A stretch of DNA of 63,690 nt, filler included, from Nitrospinota bacterium (lineage in GTDB: Bacteria; JADFOP01): NCBI GenBank assembly GCA_022562795.1. It is 7 parts of 7 records of this genome, joined end to end, with 100 filler letters (N's around TTAATTAATTAA, not from the genome) between each part and the next. Parts side by side here need not be neighbours in the genome. Positions count along the whole stretch, not along the records: positions 40,282 to 49,689 come from JADFOP010000060.1; positions 49,790 to 58,083 come from JADFOP010000061.1; 5 more parts are not named here. One strand, written 5' to 3'. The notes beneath the pieces are model-generated. The model saw only the letters and a list, made by a program, of their open reading frames with translations. It had not been told where the DNA came from and ran no database searches. The number at the start of each line of letters is the position of its first letter. Within the stretch, counting starts at the first letter, position 1. This document shows positions 44,234-53,640 of this stretch, one piece after another. The translations under genes and the position numbers were made by a program.

Positions 44234-45568
44234 CTACCCTCCCCCGGCGATTAGGCTCGCCTGCCACGCGGCCTCCAATTTAGGGTACGGCCACCCGAGA
44301 GATTCTAGAGCCTCCTCCATCGAGGAGCCGCCGCCGAGCGCGTTCAAGATCGCCCTGAGCCCCTGCCAGCCGACGGCCTCCTCCAGAAAGGCCGCCACGC
44401 TGTAGGACTGAGCGTAGGCCAAATCAATGAGGGGCTTTTCCTCCAAGCGCCACAAAGGCCCCTCCAGGGCCTGCAGAGGAAGCAAAGCCTCCCGGCGGGA
44501 AGCGGCCTTCAGGCTCTCCACCGCCCGGCGGGGGAGATTCTGGGCCACGAGCTGAGCGATGCCTTCATCCAGCCAGGCAGGGCAGCGCCCACCGGAGGCG
44601 GCCTCGACTGCCACGTGCGCCACCTCGTGGGTGAGCAGCAAGACGAGGAAGGGCGGCTCGGGGAGCGCCCCCTCGCCGACGGCCACACGGACCGTCCCGT
44701 CGTAAACACCCGCCATCCAGGTGGCAAAAGCCTCCGTGGGGACGGGGCTCTCCCTCCTGAGCTCCTCCTCGGTCTGGTAGACCTCCACAGCGACGCTTTC
44801 CGGCAGGGAGCCGACCGTCTCAAGGAGACGGCGGCGGGCCAGCGCGAGCGTCTTGGCGATGGTCTTAAGCAGCGACAGGTCGGCGCTCAGAGGGAAGCGG
44901 ACGACCCAGCCGGGGCCTTCGACCGACACGCGCTCCCCCGACCCCAAAAGGACCTCCGTGGCCGCCCCGTCCTCAACCAGCAGCGTCTTGACCTTCCCGT
45001 AGACCCGCCACTTCTCACCAAGGCGCTTCAGGGCCGACGCAGCTTCGGAGTGCGCCTCGGCCCCCGCGGGAATCGCCCGGTAGGCGTCCTCGGCCCGCTC
45101 CCACCGACCGGCGGCCTCGAATAGGCGGCCCAGCGTGAGACGGCGGTCGTGATCCCCAGGCTCCGAGAGGAGGCCAATCTCGTAGGCCTGAACCGCCTCT
45201 GGAACGCGGCCGTCGGCGCGCAGCCGGTCGCCCTCGGCGAAGGCCGCCGCGGCAGGGCCCTGAGGGAGGGCATCGGCCGGGAGCGCGTGAACCGTCAGCG
45301 TCGTTCGGCCGATTCGAATCTCGTCCCCAGGTCGGAGTAGAGCCCGCTCGATGCGACGGCCGTTTACGAAGGTGCCGTTCGCGGCGCCCAGGTCCTCCAG
45401 AAGATAGCCCCCCTCCCTCTCGATAAGGCGTGCGTGATCCCTGGAGACCTCAGGCCCAGGCAGAACCAGGGAGGAGCCGGACCGCCTGCCGATGGTCAGC
45501 TCCGGACCCCGGAGGGGCAAGGTGGAGCCCCCTGGGGTGTGGAGGAGAAGCATCATATCTTCGCTCAT
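44234..45568 (-). CDS. FHA domain + TPR + gluzincin (peptidase MA-like) protein
   Basis: FHA: IGR, VSRDHA, DLGAANGTFVNG; TPR-like helices; LTHEVAH...PAWLDEGIA. Confidence 0.85.
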   Translation of the reverse strand: MSEDMMLLLHTPGGSTLPLRGPELTIGRRSGSSLVLPGPEVSRDHARLIEREGGYLLEDLGAANGTFVNGRRIERALLRPGDEIRIGRTTLTVHALPADALPQGPAAAAFAEGDRLRADGRVPEAVQAYEIGLLSEPGDHDRRLTLGRLFEAAGRWERAEDAYRAIPAGAEAHSEAASALKRLGEKWRVYGKVKTLLVEDGAATEVLLGSGERVSVEGPGWVVRFPLSADLSLLKTIAKTLALARRRLLETVGSLPESVAVEVYQTEEELRRESPVPTEAFATWMAGVYDGTVRVAVGEGALPEPPFLVLLLTHEVAHVAVEAASGGRCPAWLDEGIAQLVAQNLPRRAVESLKAASRREALLPLQALEGPLWRLEEKPLIDLAYAQSYSVAAFLEEAVGWQGLRAILNALGGGSSMEEALESLGWPYPKLEAAWQASLIAGGG

Positions 45569-45580
45569 CGCCCTGTTACC

Positions 45581-46552
45581 TCATCGGGCCGAGCGCCTGT
45601 ATCCGGCCTCACGGGCCTCGGCCTCGTCGGCGAAGAGGACCCGGTTGGCCGAGCCGACCCGGTAGTAGAACCGCCCCCCGGGCAGGTGGTAGACCTTGCT
45701 CGCAAGGTTGCCGACGACGGGGCCGCCCCAGAGCCCCCTTCGGGCCCGGCGGGCCTCGGCCTCCAGGCGTCCAAAGGCCGCGCGGCGCGGGGCCCCGGCG
45801 GTGGCGAGATCGGCATGGACGGCGCCTTGCTCGATAAGCGAGGCGTTGACGTCCGTGCCGTCGGCCAGGGAGACGAAGGCGAGAAGCGCCCCATCGGCCA
45901 ACTTCGGCTGAGGAGGATAGTCCAGGGCGACGGCCTTCCCGGCGACCAGCTCCGAGAGGGCACGGCGGGCCCGGCTGCCGTAAATCTCATCGCCCACCTT
46001 CGGGTCATTGTAGGCGGGAGCCCTAAGCCCCGCCATGCGGATGAGTTGGCCTGAGTTTAGACGAATGCGGTCCCCCGTTAAGATAGCGGCCACGACACCC
46101 GTTTCGGGGAGGCCCCCCTGGGCAGTCGCGGCAGGCATCTTGGCCGTATCCAGGGCCGCAGGCGCAGGGGATAACGACCCAAGCCCGAAAGTCCACCAGA
46201 CGACGAGCCCCGCCGCAAGCAAGGCGAGGCCGGCGGCCGCCAACAAGCGGCCCCGGGGCGCGCTGAGAGGCGCCGACGCTCCCTCGGCGACCTCCAATAC
46301 GCCGTCGAGACCCAGCAGGTCCCACAGGCGCGCGGGGGGGATGCGGGCCTGGAGAGCGGGCCCGGCGGGCTCGGCCCGAACGACCACCGCCCCCCAATCC
46401 TCGAGAGCGCGCGCCACGGCGCCCATATCCTCGGCGGACTCGAGACGAAGGCTCACCTCCACCAGGTCGGCCGAAGGCCCCCACCGCCCCTCGGCCCCGT
46501 GTAGGGCCGCCAGCATCTGCTCGACGAGCCCCGGCGTCATGCTCGCCGTCAT
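45581..46552 (-). CDS. Membrane-anchored thermonuclease (SNase)-like protein, degenerate active site, with a C-terminal Ada-like GN..S..YH...F....EA..AGYR domain
   Basis: Central TM helix; TGDRIRL, IRMAGLRAP, VNASLIEQG and EAEARRARRGLW. Confidence 0.78.
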   Translation of the reverse strand: MTASMTPGLVEQMLAALHGAEGRWGPSADLVEVSLRLESAEDMGAVARALEDWGAVVVRAEPAGPALQARIPPARLWDLLGLDGVLEVAEGASAPLSAPRGRLLAAAGLALLAAGLVVWWTFGLGSLSPAPAALDTAKMPAATAQGGLPETGVVAAILTGDRIRLNSGQLIRMAGLRAPAYNDPKVGDEIYGSRARRALSELVAGKAVALDYPPQPKLADGALLAFVSLADGTDVNASLIEQGAVHADLATAGAPRRAAFGRLEAEARRARRGLWGGPVVGNLASKVYHLPGGRFYYRVGSANRVLFADEAEAREAGYRRSAR

Positions 46553-46806
46553 GGACCCCTTTCCCTCTATAGGACGAATGAGGCTGGGCGATTCTTACTG
46601 CCCGGCGATGAGAATCCTCTCTCTATTACATGTTTATGCAATATTAACAGAACTGGGCCCCGGCGTCACGTAAAAGGCCCTCCGCGGAGCCTTTTTCTCG
46701 TCGCTCCGGGGGAGGCCTTCCACCTTTCCCTATGAGATGTCTTAACCTTTACAGAGGCGCCCCCATACGGTATATTTGGAGATGGAAGCCTATCCCGGCT
46801 CAAGAA

Positions 46807-46881
46807 GGCGGCGTCGCCAAGTGGTAAGGCAAGGGTCTGCAAAACCCTCATGCGTCGGTTCGAATCCGACCGCCGCCTCCA
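46807..46881 (+). tRNA. tRNA-Cys (GCA)
   Basis: GGCGGCG/CGCCGCC acceptor stem, AGGGT-CTGCAAA-ACCCT anticodon arm, GTTCGAATC T-loop, U discriminator and encoded CCA. Confidence 0.97.
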
Positions 46882-46909
46882 TCTTTCTTTTTCCTCTATA
46901 ATCAATTGC

Positions 46910-47370
46910 CCGCCTGAGGCGGACGACCCGCCCTTCATACCCTCGGACAGGGAGTCGCAAGCGACCTTTGGTCGGCCCTGTCCCTACACAGGCACACGAC
47001 GATGTAGTCCGCCTGAGGCGGATTTAGGCTGTCCGGCCTTTAGGGCAGGAAGCGGCAAGTCTTCCTCAGGCGGGTAAGAGGCGAGGGCGGCCCCGACAGC
47101 CCCCATAACCCTATGTATTTAAATGTATAAAATAATTCAAAAAAACGCTTGACAATTTTCCCAGGAGCGGGGATAATGTCCAAGTTGCCACCCAAACCGT
47201 GTTTATTTGTCCTTGTAGTGAGAGAGGCAATTTGTTTGTCCGGCAGAATATAAGGAGTCGGGGTCAGGGGCGACCCCGACTACCCTGGGATGTAGGGGCA
47301 GCCTTTATGGCTGTCCGCCGGAATTTAATGAGTCTGGGTGCTGTCCGCCTGAGGCGGACCTCAGGCGGAA
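46910..47370. repeat. Cluster of REP-like palindromes surrounding promoter copy 2
   Basis: CCGCCTGAGGCGGA at about 46911, 47009 and 47345; units matching 40024-40068 and 28967-28995; GTAGGGGCAGCC..ATGGCTGTCCG resembles 1368-1393. Confidence 0.7.
47138..47263 (+). promoter_or_regulatory. sigma70-like promoter plus conserved leader, copy 2
   Basis: TTGACA(47149)-N17-GATAAT, then CAAGTTGCCACCCAAACCGT...GTGAGAGAGGCA...TTGTCCG.CAGAATATAA shared with copy 1. Confidence 0.7.
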
Positions 47371-47403
47371 CTCCAACCTGCACTCGTTAGGGAGGAAGAA
47401 GGA

Positions 47404-49119
47404 ATGAAAAAAATGATGGATGAAACGGGAAAAATCGCTAATTTGAACCTCGTCGCACTGGCGGCAGCCATTGCTCTCGCTCTCGCCTTCGCCCCGGCGC
47501 TGGCCGCGACTATCGTCGTCCCCACCTCTTCGAATCCCGATATCCAGGACGGGATCAACGCGGCGAGCTCCGGCGACACGGTCCTGCTCAAAGCAAAGTG
47601 TAACAGTGCCATCAGTGCCCACTGCGGCTTCAACGGGCTCTACCACCAGGGAGTGGATATCGACAAGAAGCTCACCCTCAACTGCAGCGGCGCTATCCTC
47701 GACGCCGACGTTCCGCTCGGCAAGAAGGGAGAAACCACTGACGGCGGCGCCACAACCGAATTTGTTGGCCCCATTCGGCTGGGAGGGGACGGGGTCGATA
47801 TCCTGTCCGATGGGGACGGTACCACTATCGTCAACTGCACGATAAGGAACTTCAAGGATAACGGCATCGAAGTGAATGATGCGGACGGCGTCACCATCAG
47901 GAGAAACACCCTCATCAACACCGACGGTGATGGAGGACTGGATATAAACTCTTCGGACGATTACCTAGTCGAGCGCAACACGTCCATCGAGAATAAAAAG
48001 GCAGGCTTCGAACTCGACGGCGACGACGGCATCATCAAGAACAACATCGCCAGGGGGAATGAAAAGGTTGGGTTCGAGGTTAACGGCGACCGGATCGAAA
48101 TACTGCACAACAGAGCCTTTAGAAACAAGGACGAAGGGTTCAAGGTTACCGGCGACAGTGTCGGCAGTTTCACCATCATTAGCAACAGGGCGGAGACCAA
48201 TAAGAAAGAAGGCTTCAAAATCAAAGATGCCGACGACAGCACCATCTCGAGGAATTTCGCCCGGGCCAATGAAAAGCCTGGGTTCAAAATCGAAGGCGAC
48301 GGCGACGACATCACCATAGAGAGGAACGTGTCCCTTTTCAACCAGGATGACGGCTTCGATATCGAAGGCGACGGCCACATTGTCAACAGGAATGCCGCCA
48401 TCGGGAATGGAGAATCAGGCTTCAAGATCAAAAGCTTTGACACTACGATAACGCGCAACAGGGCGTTTTTCAACAACAAAAAAGCGGGGTTTGAAATCGA
48501 ATGCAAAGATGGTCCTCCCTGCGGCCCGATCACGCGCAACCGCTCCGTCGGCAACGTGAAAGCGGGCTTCGACCTGAAAAAACAGAGCGAAACCACCGTC
48601 TCACACAATAAGGCCATAGAGAATGAAGAGGATGGCTTCAAAATTGACGATTCCAATACGACTACGTTCTACCACAACCTTGCCAGGGACAACGGCAATA
48701 GTGGTTTCGACATTAAAGACGGCGACGACAACACGTTCGATAGGAACAAGAGCATCGAGAACGACCGGGACGGCTTTAAGATAAAAGATAGCGAATCAAA
48801 TACGTTTATTAAGAACCTGGCCAAGAAAAACAGCGAGGATGGGTTTGACCTCGACGACACCGATGTCGACACAGTCACCATGACCGGCAACAGGGCGATC
48901 GGCAACGCTAATACGGGCATCGAGAACGACGGCGGAGCTTTTACGACCCTTGAGGACAACACCATGACGGGTAACGGGCTTGACCTCGCCGGCAAGGGCG
49001 ACGAAGATGGTGACGAGGCCATCACCTGCCCCGACTCTGCCGGCGCCGCGACTGACCTCGGCGGCAACGTCTTCGCCACCGGCGGGTTTGACTTCTGTAC
49101 CCCGGGCCAAACGGATTAA
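47404..49119 (+). CDS. Secreted right-handed parallel beta-helix repeat protein
   Basis: Signal peptide ending ALA, IQD.INAASSGDTV, and many roughly 22-23 aa repeats of I..N.A..N...GF.I. Confidence 0.88.
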   Translation: MKKMMDETGKIANLNLVALAAAIALALAFAPALAATIVVPTSSNPDIQDGINAASSGDTVLLKAKCNSAISAHCGFNGLYHQGVDIDKKLTLNCSGAILDADVPLGKKGETTDGGATTEFVGPIRLGGDGVDILSDGDGTTIVNCTIRNFKDNGIEVNDADGVTIRRNTLINTDGDGGLDINSSDDYLVERNTSIENKKAGFELDGDDGIIKNNIARGNEKVGFEVNGDRIEILHNRAFRNKDEGFKVTGDSVGSFTIISNRAETNKKEGFKIKDADDSTISRNFARANEKPGFKIEGDGDDITIERNVSLFNQDDGFDIEGDGHIVNRNAAIGNGESGFKIKSFDTTITRNRAFFNNKKAGFEIECKDGPPCGPITRNRSVGNVKAGFDLKKQSETTVSHNKAIENEEDGFKIDDSNTTTFYHNLARDNGNSGFDIKDGDDNTFDRNKSIENDRDGFKIKDSESNTFIKNLAKKNSEDGFDLDDTDVDTVTMTGNRAIGNANTGIENDGGAFTTLEDNTMTGNGLDLAGKGDEDGDEAITCPDSAGAATDLGGNVFATGGFDFCTPGQTD

Positions 49120-49236
49120 TAGGCCTAGGTATAGGGACGGCCTTTTTGGCTGCCCGACCGTACCAGGGTCCTAATAAGGAGTTAGTATTATTCATTCGTA
49201 TCGGAGGCTCAATTCTACTTTAAGGAGGAAGAGAGG

Positions 49237-49689
49237 ATGAGGGGTATGAAAGGAACAGGAATGATAACAAATGGTAGCCTCGTTACCCTGGCTTCGGCCC
49301 TGGTGCTCGCTCTGGCCGGTGGGCAGGCGCAGGCGGCGGTTCTCAAGGTGCCGGCCGATTTCGCCACCATCCAGGCCGCGGTGGACACGGCGGCATCCGG
49401 CGATACGGTGAAGTTGAAGAAAAAGTGCGTAGCGCCTAACACCACCTGTGGCCCCAATGGGGAGTACCAAGAGGTCGTGGACATCGATAAGAAAATCACC
49501 CTCAACTGCAACGGCGCGGTCCTCGACGGCGCCGTTCAGGGCGACGCCAGCACAGCCACCCCCTCCGCTCATCTGGGAGGCCCCGGGATCAATATCATGT
49601 CCGATGGGGACGGGACCACGGTCGTCAACTGCACGGTGCAGAACTTTGAAGGTGAAGGCATCGAAGTGGATGATGCGGACGGCGTCACC
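49237..49689 (+). CDS. Second beta-helix paralog, 3'-truncated
   Basis: Signal peptide; VPADFATIQAAVDTAASGDTV, IDKKITLNC.GAVLD and SDGDGTT.VNCT shared with 47404. Confidence 0.85.
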
Positions 49690-49789
49690 NNNNNNNNNNN
49701 NNNNNNNNNNNNNNNNNNNNNNNNNNNNNNNNNTTAATTAATTAANNNNNNNNNNNNNNNNNNNNNNNNNNNNNNNNNNNNNNNNNNNN
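49690..49789. other. Artificial contig linker
   Basis: N-run with TTAATTAATTAA. Confidence 0.98.
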
Positions 49790-49926
49790 CCCGCCTTCTC
49801 GGCGGCGATCGCCTCGAGCGTGTCGCCGAGATACTGCTGGTGCTCCAGCCCGATCGGGGTGATGACACCGGCGATCGGTGTCACGATGTTCGTCGCGTCG
49901 AGCCGTCCGCCCAGACCGACCTCGAG
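49790..49926 (-). pseudogene. folC: Internal fragment of folylpolyglutamate synthase (chimeric contig end)
   Basis: LEVGLGGRLDATN...IGLEHQQYLGDTLEAIAAEKA. Confidence 0.75.
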
Positions 49927-50286
49927 GAGCGCCAGGTGCAGTACCTCTACCAGGACGACGGCCAGTGGCACTTCATGGATACCGCGACCTACGAACAGAT
50001 ATTCCTGACGGCTGGCCAGCTGGGCGACGAGAAGAATTATTTGCAGGAGAACGTCGTAATTTCAGCTTTGTTCCACAAGGGCCAGCCCATTGGGGTGCAG
50101 TTGCCGATCTTTGTCGAGCTAACAATCACTAAAACCGATCCGGGATTCCGCGGCGACACCGCCACCGGGGCCACAAAGCCCGCAACCCTGGAGACGGGGT
50201 TCGTCGTCCAGGTGCCGTTGTTCTTAAACGAGGGCGAGCGGGTGCGGATTGACACGCGCACGGGTGAATACAACGAGCGGGCCTGA
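49918..50286 (+). CDS. efp: Elongation factor P, N-terminal domain missing
   Basis: QYLY.D....FMD..TYEQ, DPGFRGDTATG..KPATLETG..VQVPLF...IDTR; sits upstream of accB. Confidence 0.9.
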   Translation, partial: DLEERQVQYLYQDDGQWHFMDTATYEQIFLTAGQLGDEKNYLQENVVISALFHKGQPIGVQLPIFVELTITKTDPGFRGDTATGATKPATLETGFVVQVPLFLNEGERVRIDTRTGEYNERA

Positions 50287-50292
50287 CGTCCC

Positions 50293-50784
50293 ATGGGGGA
50301 GAAAAAGCGTATGGACCTTAAGGAGCTTGAAGCCCTGATCGATCTCTTCGAGCGAAAGGGTATCGCTGAGTTGGATTACGAAGATGAGGGACGGCGCATC
50401 GTGCTGAAGAAGGCCGTCGCGCCGCCCGTGCCGGCTCCGCAGGTCATTCCTGCGCCGGTCGCCCAGGTGCCGGTTCCCCAGGCCGTGGCAGCGGGAGCCG
50501 AGGCACCTCCTGAGGCCAAAAAGGCGATCCCCACCGACGATAAGATGGTGACCGTTGAGAGCCCCATCGTTGGGACCTTCTACCGCGCCCCGGCCCCCGA
50601 CGCCAGTCCATACGTCGAGGAGGGAAACTCGGTCAAGAAGGGCCAGGTGCTCTGCATAGTCGAGGCGATGAAGCTCATGAACGAGATAGAGTCGGACTTT
50701 GAAGGGCGGATCGTCTCCATCCTGGTGGAGAACGCCCAGCCCGTCGAGTACGGCGAGCCGCTCTTTCTCATCGAGCCTCTCTGA
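50293..50784 (+). CDS. accB: Acetyl-CoA carboxylase biotin carboxyl carrier protein
   Basis: [11 protein letters not shown] and EAMKLMNEI; the start could be 50311. Confidence 0.95.
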   Translation: MGEKKRMDLKELEALIDLFERKGIAELDYEDEGRRIVLKKAVAPPVPAPQVIPAPVAQVPVPQAVAAGAEAPPEAKKAIPTDDKMVTVESPIVGTFYRAPAPDASPYVEEGNSVKKGQVLCIVEAMKLMNEIESDFEGRIVSILVENAQPVEYGEPLFLIEPL

Positions 50785-50827
50785 GGCCCTTCGCCCCTCC
50801 AACCAGGCAGGAGGTCGGGCTCCGCTC

Positions 50828-52207
50828 ATGCCGCCCTTTCAAAAGCTCCTCATCGCCAACCGTGGTGAGATCGCCGTCCGCGTTATCCGGGCCGCGCGGG
50901 AGATTGGGCTTACCACGGTGGCCGTCCACTCCGAGGCCGACGCCGACGCCCTCCATGTCACCCTGGCCGACGAGGCCATTTGTATCGGCCCCCCGGAGAG
51001 CGCCGGCAGTTACCTCAACATCCCGTCCATTATCGCCGCCGCCGAGATTTCTGATGCTGAGGCCATCCACCCCGGCTACGGCTTTTTAGCCGAAAACGCC
51101 GAGTTCGCCGAAATCGTCGAGAATAGCGGGCTCGTCTTCATCGGGCCGACGCCGGAGAGCATCCGTGCCATGGGTGATAAACAACGGGCCAAGGAGATAA
51201 TGCAGGACGCCGGGGTTCCCATCATCCCCGGAAGCGACGGGAAGGTTTCGAGCCCCGAGGAAGGCCTGGAGGTGGCGGAGTCAATCGGCTACCCGGTGCT
51301 GGTGAAGGCCGCCTTCGGCGGTGGCGGCAGCGGCATGCGCGTTGTTGACGTCCCCGAGAACCTGCCCAACGCCTTCTTCATGGCCAAAAGCGAGGCCTCG
51401 GTGGCCTTCGGCCAGGCGGACGTCTACATGGAGAAGTACCTCCGCCAGCCCCGGCACATCGAGTTCCAGATGCTCGGCGACAAGCAGGGCAGCATCGTTC
51501 ATCTGGGTGAGCGGGAATGCTCGATCCAGCGCCGCCACCAAAAGTTGTTGGAGGAGGCCCCGAGCCCGGTTGTCACGCCCGAGCTCCGCGAGGAGATGGG
51601 AGCGGCGGCCGTACGGGCCGCCAAGGCTGCGGAATACGTCAACGCCGGGACGGTGGAGTTCCTCCTCGACGATGATTTGAACTTCTACTTCATCGAGATG
51701 AATACCCGGATGCAGGTCGAACACCCTGTTACCGAGATGATCACCGGCATTGACCTCATAAAGGCCCAGCTGGAGATAGCCATGGATCACCCGCTGCCAT
51801 GGACCCAGGAGGAGATCCACTTTCACGGCCACGCTATAGAGTGTCGCATCAACGCCGAGGATCCGAGGAAGTTCACCCCCTCGCCGGGCAAAATCACCTC
51901 CCTCGTCTTTCCCGGCGGCTTCAACGTCCGGATCGATACGGCCATCTATCCAGGCTACTTCGTCGTGCCCTTCTACGACTCAATGATAGCCAAGCTCATC
52001 GTCCGCGGCCGTGATCGGCCGCAGGCCATCGCCAAGATGCGGGTCGCCCTGGATGAGTTCACCATCGAGGGCATCCAAACGACCATCCCTCTCCACAGGG
52101 ACATCATGCGCGACCGCCGGTTCCTATCCGGCAATTACACCACAGACTTCCTAGAGCCGACCCCTGGAATCTCCGCTCACGAGGAGCGGGCCGAGGCGCC
52201 AGGGTAG
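50828..52207 (+). CDS. accC: Biotin carboxylase
   Basis: Start [47 protein letters not shown] and YDSMIAKLI. Confidence 0.96.
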   Translation: MPPFQKLLIANRGEIAVRVIRAAREIGLTTVAVHSEADADALHVTLADEAICIGPPESAGSYLNIPSIIAAAEISDAEAIHPGYGFLAENAEFAEIVENSGLVFIGPTPESIRAMGDKQRAKEIMQDAGVPIIPGSDGKVSSPEEGLEVAESIGYPVLVKAAFGGGGSGMRVVDVPENLPNAFFMAKSEASVAFGQADVYMEKYLRQPRHIEFQMLGDKQGSIVHLGERECSIQRRHQKLLEEAPSPVVTPELREEMGAAAVRAAKAAEYVNAGTVEFLLDDDLNFYFIEMNTRMQVEHPVTEMITGIDLIKAQLEIAMDHPLPWTQEEIHFHGHAIECRINAEDPRKFTPSPGKITSLVFPGGFNVRIDTAIYPGYFVVPFYDSMIAKLIVRGRDRPQAIAKMRVALDEFTIEGIQTTIPLHRDIMRDRRFLSGNYTTDFLEPTPGISAHEERAEAPG

Positions 52208-52224
52208 ATAGAAGGTGGTTCTTC

Positions 52225-53520
52225 TTAGGGGAGGAGGGGGTCTGGCTGCAGGATGGTCTGGCTCCGCTCGGGGCCGGTGGAAATCGCAAGAATGGGCAGC
52301 CCGGTGAGTTTTTCAACCTTCTCCACATAGCGGCGGGCCGCATCGGGCAGCTCCTCCAGGCTCGTGGCCCCGGCCGTCGGATCACGCCAACCCTCAAGCT
52401 CCAACAGGATCGGCTCAGCGGCCTCCATCGCGCGAACGTCCGAGGGGATGAACTCCACCGTCTCTCCCCCGATCCGGTATGCGGTGGCGATGGCCACCCG
52501 CTCCAGCCCGTCGAGCACGTCGAGCTTTGTCAACACGAGCCGGTCCAGGCCGTTGATCCAGCAGGCGTGCCGAAGCACTACGGCGTCAAGCCATCCGCAG
52601 CGCCGGGGCCGCCCGGTGGTCGAGCCGAACTCGTCGCCAACGGCCCTGAGGTGGGCCCCGACCTCGTCGGTGAGCTCCGTCGGCATTGGCCCGCCACCCA
52701 CCCGGGTCGTGTAGGCCTTGGCGACTCCGATCACCACGTCTATGGCTTTCGGCGGGAGTCCGAGACCCGCGCACGCGCCCCCGATGGTGGGTGTCGAGGA
52801 GGTCACGTAGGGATAAGTGCCCTGGTCTATGTCGAGCATGGTTCCCTGGGCGCCCTCGATCAAAATGGTTTCGCCACGGCCCAGGGCCTCCTTGAGCAGC
52901 CGCTCCGTGTCGGCCACCATCGGCGCCAGCCTCTCAGCGTAGCCCCGGTACTCGGCCAAGATATCCCCCTCATCCATGGGCGGTAGGTCGTAGAGGGACT
53001 CCAGCAGCAGATTCTTTTCGGTCAAGGTTGCGGCCAGCTTCTCGGCGAAATGGGCCTCATCGAGGAGGTCGCCCACCCGTATGCCCTGCCGGGACATCTT
53101 GTCGGTGTAGGCCCACCCGATGCCTCGGCCGGTGGTTCCGATCGCCCGAGAACCCTTCCGGGCCTCGCTCGCCGTATCGATCTGGCGGTGGTAGGGCATG
53201 ATGAGGTGCGCCTTAGCGCTGATCCACAGCCGATCGCGCACTTCAATCCCGCGGGCGGCCAGGGAATCGAGCTCCTGGAACAGCACCGCCGGGTCAATGA
53301 CTGTCCCCGTGCCGATGACGCATACTTTATCGGGGCGGAAGATGCCTGAGGGGATTTGGTGGAGGACGAACGTCTCCTTGCCGAAGACAATCGTGTGGCC
53401 TGCGTTGCTACCCCCCTGGTAGCGGGCCACGATGTCGACCCGGTCGCTGAGGAGGTCCACCACCTTGCCCTTTCCTTCGTCGCCCCACTGGGCTCCGACG
53501 ACGGCGATGACGGGCATCAT
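52225..53520 (-). CDS. purA: Adenylosuccinate synthetase
   Basis: QWGDEGKGK, GG.NAGHT, EGAQG, YTTRVG.GP, TTGRPRRCGW and TKLDVL. Confidence 0.97.
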   Translation of the reverse strand: MMPVIAVVGAQWGDEGKGKVVDLLSDRVDIVARYQGGSNAGHTIVFGKETFVLHQIPSGIFRPDKVCVIGTGTVIDPAVLFQELDSLAARGIEVRDRLWISAKAHLIMPYHRQIDTASEARKGSRAIGTTGRGIGWAYTDKMSRQGIRVGDLLDEAHFAEKLAATLTEKNLLLESLYDLPPMDEGDILAEYRGYAERLAPMVADTERLLKEALGRGETILIEGAQGTMLDIDQGTYPYVTSSTPTIGGACAGLGLPPKAIDVVIGVAKAYTTRVGGGPMPTELTDEVGAHLRAVGDEFGSTTGRPRRCGWLDAVVLRHACWINGLDRLVLTKLDVLDGLERVAIATAYRIGGETVEFIPSDVRAMEAAEPILLELEGWRDPTAGATSLEELPDAARRYVEKVEKLTGLPILAISTGPERSQTILQPDPLLP

Positions 53521-53640
53521 GCACCTCCTTGCTCGGCCCGGCCGGTGGCGGAGGCCCGGCGCTTCTGGGCCTCCCGCCTGGCTTCGAAGCGGTGGACGCT
53601 CCTCGGCGGGGCTGGCGTGGTCGTCTGGTTCGGGACGCTC

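Noticed and set aside
46807-46881. tRNA-Cys as the att site of an integrated element
   Set aside because: No integrase and no duplicated tRNA 3' end are visible in the window.
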